From assembly GCA_030141605.1 (NCBI GenBank), contig JAQGDQ010000085.1:248001-312000 (forward strand): a stretch of 64,000 bases of DNA, read 5' to 3'. The translations under genes and the position numbers were made by a program. The DNA is from Tubiluchus corallicola. Its lineage: Eukaryota; Animalia; Priapulida. Numbering within the stretch: the stretch's first letter is position 1; the number at the start of each line of letters is the position of its first letter. This document shows positions 1-24,698 of the stretch, piece by piece. The notes beneath the pieces were generated by a model. The model saw only the letters and a program-made list of their open reading frames with translations, was not told where the DNA came from and searched no databases.

Positions 1-840
1 CCCTACAGTTTTCAAAGGACATATGGGTGCATAAAAAGCAGCATGAATGAAAGAAATGAAAAAGCCCTCAGTTCAAAGAACCAATTTTGTAACATGTCTG
101 TAGCAATTTTGCTCTTATCAGATGGTAACTGATAAGTTACTCCATAGGTTACTGATAGGTTCCTCTTAATTAATCAAACTGGTAACTTGGAAAAACATGC
201 TGATATACCACAGTCATGAGTTATTTGAGGCGAAATAAAAACTGATAGAGTGGCAATAATTTTTGGGTGAAGTCACAAGCAGGTTCAAGATCTATTGTCT
301 TTTCCATCTTCCTGGTACTCAATTGGCATTTGCAATGTATTAAATGTATCCCACAGGAACAATGATATTATAATTCTAAGCAGATGACCTTTAGACCTTG
401 ACCTCATCTAATCGGCAACCTATTGTAACGTTCTGTGTGAATCTTTCCCTAGAGATCATCAATCGGTCGAGAGAACAGGACAAAGGCCGCCGACTCTCTG
501 ATACTCTGTGCTGTTAAAATTTGCTTTCGTACGCATCCTTGTTAGACAAGACCATTATGATCTTGGGGTGTATTAAAGTCTCAAGCAAATTAAATATGGG
601 TCCCAACCTAGAAAACAGTATACATGCAGCATTGGCATGACTATCACTTTACGATAATTCATTCTGAAGGACTTGTAAATAACATACAGCATAAGGCAAT
701 CTAGTACAGATTACCGAGTGTAACGTACATACTTTTGCTTTCCTACACATATGTACGTTCCGTACAAATTTTCATACTTAGACCACAATAGGATTCAAGT
801 ACGTAAAAAAACATGAATTATAAATTTCTATTATACATAC

Positions 841-8551
<7,711 letters not shown>

Positions 8552-9356
8552 TGTTCCAGCCTTTTTCAGAAAGATATAAAAAAGAGTCTAATATGAGTGA
8601 AATTGTACAACAAAATGGGTTCCTATAATAAAACTTAATATAACCAGTTTTTTGTTTTATGAAATGATAAAAGTACTACTGCCGCAACATATTACACGAA
8701 AGTTTGTAAACGAAATAGCTAAGTAATTTCTTAAAATAACCAGCTTAATAGCAATAGGAACCTAAAACTCCTGAAATTAAGTGACTAGAATTGCAACACC
8801 ATCTTTTACAGATATACTATTAATGATAAAAGCACAAAATATCTTACATTTAATGATGACAACTGACAGATTTTCCTGTAAAATTATACGGTAGTTAAAT
8901 GAAGCCAACAGATAGCTGGTCCTAGTAAATGGTGGGTAAAAATGTGTGGACCGCGAGCACAGAGACTGCACAGCACAACTTGTATTTCTACCAATTATTT
9001 GCATAGACCAGTTACCCACAGGCTTCATTTTTCTACTGCACGACTCTACAGTAGAACTCCTGCTTGAATAATTTGGCCAAGTAAAACCTTATTCTTGTTC
9101 TAATTAATTGTAACATACTTATATTTTAGAAGCACCATGTTTTTCCAAAACTGATTCAATTTCATCTATTTTCAAGTTGAATGCTCAAAATCCTTTTTTA
9201 GCTGGCCTAAAGTATTCTATTTAAACCGTACTAAAATAGACACAGCAGCTAGCTCAGAGTCTGTGAAAATAAATTTACCTGTTATAACGTCATTATTGTT
9301 TTTTAAAGTGAGATCTTTGAAGGTGCTTGAAATGCTTCTAGGATATATATATATAT

Positions 9357-9435
9357 ATATACCTGTGAATCAAATATGTTCTATTCACATATACCTGTGA
9401 ATCAAATATGTTCTATTCATATATACCTGTGAATC
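9357..9435. repeat. 32-bp tandem repeat, ~2.5 copies
   Basis: ACCTGTGAATC recurs at 9361, 9393 and 9425 (unit ATACCTGTGAATCAAATATGTTCTATTCAYAT). Confidence 0.9.
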
Positions 9436-10832
9436 CAATATTTGCTGAAGCTTTGTGTAGTGTTTTTCACATAAATAATCGCCGGTTTCTCTCAGTTCAC
9501 CAAGTACTCCTTTTTTCCTGCATTTATTACATGCACGAGATGGCATACTAGAACAAAAGAACGCTTGCAAATTTTACTTTTTCAATGGAAAAATACATTG
9601 AATGCACTACTCCAAAAAACAATGTTCAGAAGTCAATGTTCGTTTAATAAGCATCCTCCTAATAATTCAACCTATGATAGCATCACTAGCCAGAGCATGG
9701 CATGATTAGTTAGACTATTTTTTACTATCAGCTACAGAAATACGTCAAAAGACTTTATGCCATCCCAAGAAATGCTAATTAGTTGTAATGCGCTTGTGAG
9801 AAAATGACCCCACAGGTACCATTTTTACACAACTGTTGACAAGTTAGTATATGTTTGTTTTATTTAATTTCACAATTGTGTCAGACCTAACTTCAAATTT
9901 CAAAATAAGTCATTAAAATGATATTTAGCAAAGATCATGAAATATTTCCCAAACATGTTTTACATGACAAGTTTATATTTCTTATAAAGAATTCGAGTTA
10001 ATTCTTGGAATACGGAAATGAATAAACCTTAAAAGTCTTGATCTAACTAATATTATAATGATTAAAAACTCATTTTTACACTAAGATATATATGGAGAAA
10101 GTGATATACTTTAATTTAACCATGTTTTAAATACAGTCATAACGCCCATACAAATAAGCATCATGTACACTGCACAAATCAGGTTGTCATGTTATGAACT
10201 GTGTAGATACTTCATTTAAATTTGTAAGCCTTTTAAAATGACAGATCCTAGAACAACTCATTATGGCTGACATTGATGAAGCCATTTAACTCACATTTAA
10301 CTCATCATTTAAATGTCATTGGCCAACAATATCTCAACTTTTCATGAACTCGTCAGTAAAATAAGTTGCTACAAACAGTTGCCAAGAATAGGTCTCTTTT
10401 GTAGATTTACTTCAGGCCAGCAAAGTAATTGCAATCATTTTCCGCTAAATCAACAACACTACGCCTACTTCAGTATAGCAACAGCAGTATTGCACTTTTT
10501 TGCAGTCGCGATAATCAAAGCTTACGGCTCATAACAACGCTCACTGGCACCGTATTCAAATATCAGATGTCGTTATTGCAAAATAAAAAAACAATGATAC
10601 AAAAAAAACAACAACTCCCAGCCGAATGCTACAAGCGCTGGCGTAGGCCTAGAGCAATTCTTAGCTGCAGCAACAGAAATCGCCCAAAGCAAAAACATCC
10701 TGTTGGACGTCAATTACACGCAACAAGGAGCTAAATACCAAATGAACAAAAATGCCACAAAATAGTTAACATAAATCTGAAAAAGGCGACACATGCTTGT
10801 CTTGCAAAAATGTGGTATATGTCAAAAATTAC

Positions 10833-10930
10833 CTTTTGTCAACAAAACACTTTCTTAAATGCACGGCATTACGTGACCAAAGTATACTGACGGACTACTT
10901 TTCTCCTTCTGTACACGAATATCAATACAC
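10833..10930 (-). other. Probable non-coding first exon of KDM4
   Basis: Minus-strand donor AAAAG|GTAATT at ~10832; the ATG exon has an acceptor (..aaaaag|GCTGGAACAATG) just upstream of the ATG. 5' boundary is a guess. Confidence 0.45.
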
Positions 10931-11299
10931 TTCGGGCGAATCGGCGATCAAGTTACGTCAAAGCTTGAGAATTTCTACCAGATATGATGTCCAGAAACAA
11001 GGAGTTTAGATCACCACAGAGATTAGGATCACAATAGTACTACAGTTTAAACCTAAAACGAAAACTGGTGCAGTAACTTGTAGACACTTTTATATTTGCA
11101 GGCATTTGTAGTTACCCAAAACCGACGTTGTATTATATAAACACTATTTTTATTCTTTAGTTTATATTTCCCACTAACAGAGGGCACAGGAGACAAAATC
11201 AGCTTTTGATGTATTTCTGCTGCAACATAAATTATAGTTCGCGTTCACATTATTTTTATGATTTAATATAAAAAATTAATCAATAATAATAGTTTAGTG
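10930..11299. promoter_or_regulatory. Putative bidirectional promoter KDM4 / SFT2
   Basis: Head-to-head genes with under 500 bp between the inferred KDM4 exon-1 donor and the SFT2 ATG; locally CpG-richer; CRE-like TTACGTCA near 10953. Confidence 0.5.
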
Positions 11300-17845
<6,546 letters not shown>

Positions 17846-17969
17846 TCTGTTGAAACAAGATTTAAGCATGTAAAGATATGGAAAAGGTGTACAGCTGAGC
17901 TGTAAATTTGTGGGAGTTATGAGCATAGTTATTATTTTTCTATAAACCTGAGAAATATGTTAACAAACA

Positions 17970-18095
17970 TACAGTAAGTCCTCGTTTAGCGACGCATCAA
18001 AATGAGTCATTAAGTGAATAAAAGGTGCCAAAAGATCAGCGTCGTTAAAACAAATCTTTGTTAAATGAGGTGTTGTTAAGTGAGGACTTACAGTA
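17970..18095. mobile_element. pogo/Tigger-like MITE in the SFT2 3' region
   Basis: TA|CAGTAAGTCCTCG ... GAGGACTTACAG|TA. Confidence 0.7.
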
Positions 18096-21000
18096 CCATA
18101 TTTGTTTTTTTTTTTTGTGAAGAGTATGACTCAGTACTTGTGCAGATATGTATATAAGAGCTCTATGAAACATCTGTTAAATGCTAGTTTTTAGAAACGT
18201 GCAACACTGTCAACAGATTCCAGAGAACAGCTCTGTTTGAAATAGCAATTATTCATTACTCATGTTATATTCATCTAACTGCATTACTAAGCCAACTTGA
18301 TGGTCTGTTAATAGATCATCATATGGACGCAAAAACATAGTGAATTTGTAACTGGTTATCACAATTTTAAATTATACTTATATAATTATTCACATGTATT
18401 ATTTTTGATAAAATTTAATAATGAATTCTCTCATTTGCTAATGAAACAGTAATTGATATGATTAGTATGGTATTTAATTTCATATGCTATGGATATTGGT
18501 GTAACTTGGTTACACTTGTATAATTTTGTAAAATTTTCGGTGGTTGCTGAAAGCTGTTTTGCACTTAGCCTGATCAATCTTTTTTTGTAAGTGACCTATA
18601 TTTGTATTCTGCAGAAAAACCATTTTGTCTTTGGTGGTGATTATTGTTGACTTTGTTAATTTGTTATTACAGCCATGGTGATTAATTAATAAATTTAATA
18701 ATTTATTTTTGGTTATCAAATTTGATGGTTTTATTATTTTTGTAATTGCATGTTAGTTCTTGTTATTGGTGCTTTGTCTAGATGCTGCTGCTATGGTTTG
18801 AGAAGTAAAAATGTTAGCATTACAAATGCTAGTACTGTAATTGCAAACCAAGAACAAGCTTGGGTGGTAGGAAATCCATCGTTAAAAGTGTGGAATTCTT
18901 TAACCGAATGAATATCCTTAGATGTACGAGAAAAAGCCTTTTGAAACTTGTATATATTAGTCATCTCCAAGTCTAGGGTTGTCGACTTTGGTTAGTTATA
19001 ATTCTTTCGCGACACATTTACCATCCAATGTACGTTTGATCGGTACTAATATTGCATAATTACTTTTCAATTACTTTTTTTAACTTTATACTTTATACAT
19101 TCACTTTATGCAATATTAGCATTTTTCTGTTTTAAGAACTTTAATGAAACAGACTGGCGAAGCAAGTATTAAAAAATGCCAGTATAAAGATTGCTAGTAT
19201 AAGGAACTGACATTAGTAACTGCATAAATACCTAATTAGCAGTTGTGACTTAGAAGTGAATTAGAGATAATGAATCTGTTTGTAAAAATTAGCCAAAAAA
19301 GTGAAAAATGTTTAAGCAGAATTTAAGGTAAGACAAAGAAATATAAGCCTTAGCCAAGATTATTAAAAGAATGGGGGAAAACAAATGACATGTATTGGAG
19401 TGACAATATTTGCTCATTACCCAGGATTTAGTCACTGTTGTGGAGCCGAACAAAACTGAATCATGTCCACGTATACTGATCACCAAAAATGCAGGAATCA
19501 CTTAGCGGACTACGAAACCGAAGATTTCCTACATAGTTTATAATTTTCAGACTACTGCCCTGGCTAAGGCTGGTTTATCCAGGTGCCTTTCATGAGTAAG
19601 AAAGATAAGTCATTTTACCAAGAAAGGGCAAGACGTCGATTAAATGTAAACGGTTGCATTCTTGTATTTGATAGCCTATGCACATTCCAAAATTTTCTCG
19701 GATTTTTTGCATCAACAGAAAAATATGAGGCTCAGTTAAAATGACAACAGTCAGAAGTGAACCAACGACCTTGGTAGCAGGTTGGTTAAGCAAGTTGTAT
19801 GATTGGTGTTCGATTTGTTACGATGGGTAAGTATAGCTATTTGGAAAACCAGTTAAAGCATACGAGCGCGTTAACTGCTTATTGTTAAACAAGAAAAAGA
19901 GCTGATGTTCTAGCACACACAGTCACTGGCCTCTGTTCACTAAAATTATTTCTGATTATAATCTAAACTTTACTCCTATGTAAACAAATTAACGACACTG
20001 TAGCTGTGATCATACCAAACTGACCAAGGTAATCGTTTAGACTCTAGATGTACAGTGTCATGTTTATATAAGAAAACTGTACCCTATCCAATGTAAATGT
20101 AAATTTATTTGCACACTGCATAACAAAAATACAATGTGCTGGAATACCAGCGCATAAAGCATGACAAAGACTATTTCGCTTCTTTACAATTATAACAGAT
20201 AGAGCCACTGAGTAGACATACAAAGCACACTTACATCTATAAAAAATGGTTCACTATTAATCCCAACTTCATAAACTAATGTTCAGGACCCAAAGTCTTA
20301 GCCAGGAGTTAACTTGATCTGGAGAATAATTCAAAGCCATGGAAGTCACAGATGACTAAACTGTCGATGAAATATGCATTAAGACAATAAAATAAGTGAT
20401 ACCGTGAAGCAACAAGTCAGCTGGCTAAGCTTGTTGAATATTATACTTAATTTCGATTTGACGATTTCAAAAAAAATTGAACAGGAAATTATATTACTAC
20501 ATTAGATGTCACAAATTGTCTGAAGTCATAGTCACTGATGTAAAAATGTGGTATATTTTCTTATGAGTGACACACAATACTATCGGGCAGCGTTCATGAC
20601 TGAGTGAATAGACATGCTCTTTATGTCAGTGGTGTATGGCCGCCGTGGATTCCGTATTCATTCTGGACAGCATCATCCATAAACCTTGGCTAGTCATCTC
20701 AAAGAGGTTGGATGTAATTATTCCCCCCCCCCCACCATACAGCAGTAACCTAACAGAATAGGTGAAAACAATTCAATAGATTTATTTCGCAATAAACATA
20801 TGCATTACAAGTGCATCGATAATCAGTTCATGTTAATACAAAATTATAATACAATTCATGAATTCTGCGCTAGAGACCTAAGAAGCTAGCTTAAGCTAGG
20901 CCACTAGAATTAGTTACAAGAAAAATTACAATATATTACTAATGGTTAGTGTCTGTTAGACCAACAAGACCATGAGAAAGAATATTTAATTTTAAATAGA

Positions 21001-21636
21001 CAGCACTTATCTTTATATTTAGTACTTCTGCTATCTGAGCTTGAACGCCACAAATAGATAGGAATAGGACTCGTAATGGTTTTTCAACAGGAATGGTGTC
21101 ACGACTCATTTCTGCAAGAACTTTATTAATTTTATAATTTTTGACAATAAGGGCTGGAATTAAATATATATATATATATATGGCTATATATGGGAATATA
21201 TAGGAATATATGGGAATATATATATATATAGCCATATATTCAAACATAGCTTAGACACCTATAGTTGCTGGCTCAGTGGCTCATTTTGTCCTTGATAATG
21301 TACTAAGCTCCAGTCATGCCACAAGCTTCTAATTCCAGCTTGCAATGTAATTAACTGTATAACAAAATCAGTTGAAAATGTTAAATAAAAAATAAAATGC
21401 AGGCGATATAGATCATGTTCAAGTTCAGAGGTCACCCAGAATATACACTGGAGAGTAAAACTGTCAGTCCCCGTTGCAGTGCCACTGACTAATTAATTAT
21501 TATTATTATTATTAATGCCTTATAAAAAGAAGATAAGTACATGATATCACAAATTATCTGAATGTGAAAGTAATGTAGGTAACATTACTCCATTTAATTG
21601 TTAATTAATAATAGGTTTATGTTTTTTAGGTTTCTA

Positions 21637-23661
21637 ATGATGCGATACTACTTCCCGCTGAGGCTGATAATTCCACACAAGATTTCATTTGTTGCCAAAG
21701 AATCTGTCAGCAATCTTTTTGAGCTGGTCGAACATGACACAACCGAAATTAACGTCCTCAATGACATGCTGGGAAAATGCTCTCTGTCCGATGACCTACT
21801 TTCAGTGAAAAATTCTCGTGGGTATAACATTTTACAAGAAGCCGTTATGAAAAACAATTTAAAACTTGTAAAACTGCTTTTGAATTATAAGTGTGATGTA
21901 AACGTGGGTGCGTGCAGCCTACCATTGCATGTAGCTTGTAAAGAAGGACACACTGAGATAGTGGAACTTTTGCTCGCACACGGAGCAAGGGTGGACCTAG
22001 AGTCTGGCATGTGTTATCCAAAATCGCATGCCACTCAAATATCAGTAATGGACTATTTCGGTAGAGTGACACATCAGTATGCTTGTGATAATAACATTTT
22101 CTCACCTGTTTATCACGCTATAGAACACGATCGCCCGGAAATTGTGGAAATGCTTCTGGCACAAGAGCAAGATCATTGGGTGAAGTGGCAAGAGCAGAAA
22201 CCATTGTTACACACAGCAGCACGGATGGGATCATTTAGGTGTCTACAATTCCTTTTGCGAAGGCACCTTTCAGATCTAAATTTGTTATTAGACGACTGCA
22301 CGCCACTTCACTATTCAGTGGAGCACGGACCCAAGTTTGTGGAACTTCTGGTCAGAAATAGAGCAGACGTCAACTGTATGACAAGTCAAAATCAGACGCC
22401 TTTGCATATGGTTTTCACAGAATCCAACTGTTTCTCATATATGCAGGATAGTGTTCAGCTTTTATTGGCCTACGGTGCGAGTGAAAATATAAATTTGATG
22501 GATACAGACGGAAATACACCTTTGCATCTGCTACTCAAAAATTTATTCACTTTCTATTCTGAAAATCTGCCCAGGTATCTAAACATGTCGTATGAATCAG
22601 CGGAATTGTTGATAACATGTCTAGTCAAATGTATAGAAACGTTAATTCGTTTTGGTGCGAATCCTAACATTCAAGACAATGACGGGTATACAGCACTGCA
22701 TTTAGCAGTAGCAGAAGTCACTCAAGGTATTATTGGAAATGCTACAAATCTGTGGTGCACGTTTGAAAATTTAGCGAAAATAATCGAAGTTATTTTAGAT
22801 TACCCATACATGAACCCAAACGTTCTAGATAGAGAGGGTATGACACCTTTGCTCATACTTTCTAAGAGCTTGATGTCACTTGAGGTTAAACCTGTATTAG
22901 AGGAAAGAAATTGGTTTAAGACATGTGTGGATATTTTATGCAGAGAAGGAACGGATACAAACATTGCTCAAAAAGGTCACTTTACAACCCTGAATATCCT
23001 TATTTTTGTGGCAAGTGATTTCATGCGCTATTCGCAAAACAGTCCGCGAGAGAAGCGAGATGGCTTTGGATTCATCGACGAAGTACTCAACATTCTTCTC
23101 GCCCATGGTCAAGATCCAAACCTTCGATTCTCAAAACGCACGCAACATTCACTGTTATCGCTCATGGACATGGTAACTAGTGCTTCAAGTCCTAGTGACC
23201 TGGATTTCGCATATCAACTGACGGTAACCTTACTCCTTTGGGGGGCTGATCCAAACATTGACATCTCGACTACGGAGCCAATGATTTGTCATTCCCAAAG
23301 CTCCGTGTTCTTGAAGAAGTCTAGCGGACAAGTGATGTATTATTACGTTCAGATTTTGGCCAGAAATGACCATCTTCTTGAGGGTGACCAATACTTGAAA
23401 CTGCTGTACCTGTATTACTATGTAATGGACCACAAACAACTATGGCATGCCCTGAAGATCCTAAACACACAAACAACATTAATTCCAACGCATGACAGCC
23501 TAACTGCCATATTAAGTGATCTTTCCTCTAAGCCCCGTACACTTAAACAAAATGTAAGAGTAGCTCTATACAAAGCGATTAACTATAAACTCAAGCCTTG
23601 CATTGATCAGCTGCCATTGCCTTTGCTGGTCAAGGAATATCTCATGAATTTCCAACCCTAA
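21637..23661 (+). CDS. Ankyrin-repeat and SOCS-box protein (ASB-like), single coding exon
   Basis: ~2 kb uninterrupted ORF with many ankyrin motifs (LPLHVAC..GHTEIVELLLAHGA, TPLHYSV, GNTPLHLL, GYTALHLA) and a C-terminal SOCS box (PRTLKQNVRVALYKAI..IDQLPLPLLVKEYL). Acceptor ttttttag at 21629 precedes the ATG at 21637; AATAAA at ~23792. Confidence 0.88.
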   Translation: MMRYYFPLRLIIPHKISFVAKESVSNLFELVEHDTTEINVLNDMLGKCSLSDDLLSVKNSRGYNILQEAVMKNNLKLVKLLLNYKCDVNVGACSLPLHVACKEGHTEIVELLLAHGARVDLESGMCYPKSHATQISVMDYFGRVTHQYACDNNIFSPVYHAIEHDRPEIVEMLLAQEQDHWVKWQEQKPLLHTAARMGSFRCLQFLLRRHLSDLNLLLDDCTPLHYSVEHGPKFVELLVRNRADVNCMTSQNQTPLHMVFTESNCFSYMQDSVQLLLAYGASENINLMDTDGNTPLHLLLKNLFTFYSENLPRYLNMSYESAELLITCLVKCIETLIRFGANPNIQDNDGYTALHLAVAEVTQGIIGNATNLWCTFENLAKIIEVILDYPYMNPNVLDREGMTPLLILSKSLMSLEVKPVLEERNWFKTCVDILCREGTDTNIAQKGHFTTLNILIFVASDFMRYSQNSPREKRDGFGFIDEVLNILLAHGQDPNLRFSKRTQHSLLSLMDMVTSASSPSDLDFAYQLTVTLLLWGADPNIDISTTEPMICHSQSSVFLKKSSGQVMYYYVQILARNDHLLEGDQYLKLLYLYYYVMDHKQLWHALKILNTQTTLIPTHDSLTAILSDLSSKPRTLKQNVRVALYKAINYKLKPCIDQLPLPLLVKEYLMNFQP

Positions 23662-24698
23662 CCTGCATGATTTTTGCACTTTTTAGCACTTTTTAGCACA
23701 TGTGCTACGCGTAAGTGCATTCTTAATCAAAATTTTATTAACTTTAACTTTTTTGGGAAGAGCTTGCTAAATGTGTTACAAGTGAAAGGCGAATAAATAT
23801 GTTGGAAGGTGCTATTTGTGCAAATAATCTGTGTGCTGCCGCAACTTGCCAATTGCACTGCCAGATTTTTACAGGTGCCATATAGCAACAATTATGCTGA
23901 TTATCTGTCGCATTCCAATTAAATCAGTATTTAGAATTTTTTAGCGTTTTTTTGAAAAGAATACATTTTATTCATTTTCTATTCCAATACATTGTACAGT
24001 TTGAAAATTTTTTGATGAGATGAGTGTACAAGCAGGAAATTTGTACCATATGTGTTATTTAGCAAAACTAGTCAGCAATCTAGTTCGGCATTCATATCAC
24101 GAAAACAACTTCGAAAGTTAAGAATCTCGAATTCAATTGCATTTTACTAGAACTCTTATATGGAACATAATGTGTGACTCGCTATCAATGTGTCTTAATG
24201 CAAACTGTTTTTCACACTCTTTAGCAAACGAACAAATTCTAAATGTCAAACTAAAATTCAAGTAAATGTTTTTGCTGTTGTCGTAACTTGAATCTAACCG
24301 AATTATTAAATTTGTAGAAGACAAAGTGTGGAGGCACTACTCCAGTCTCTGCCGCACTAGGCCCATCGATATACGCCCAGCAACTTAATTTGGCAGATAC
24401 TATATTAGCAGTGGTTTATCAATAGCAGCCAGTCATCAAATATATCTATTTTGCTTAGGGAACAGACTAAAACTATGTATACAGCATATCATTTCTTATC
24501 ATTCCATTTTGTAGCTATTTGGTATTATAATTTATGTTCATGATGTTCGTTGTTGTTATTAAACGCAGATAAAAACAAATGTGTTGTTGTCATATAAAAA
24601 TTATTATTATGTTGTACAAATTGCTTTAATACAGCTAATGCCACATAGTAATATAATGCGAATGATACTAGTAAAATATTCCTTATTTCTATAAAATG

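Noticed and set aside
390-540. Possible further KDM4 exon (VSESRRPLSCSLDRL..)
   Set aside because: Several candidate acceptors and no recognisable homology; boundaries cannot be fixed.
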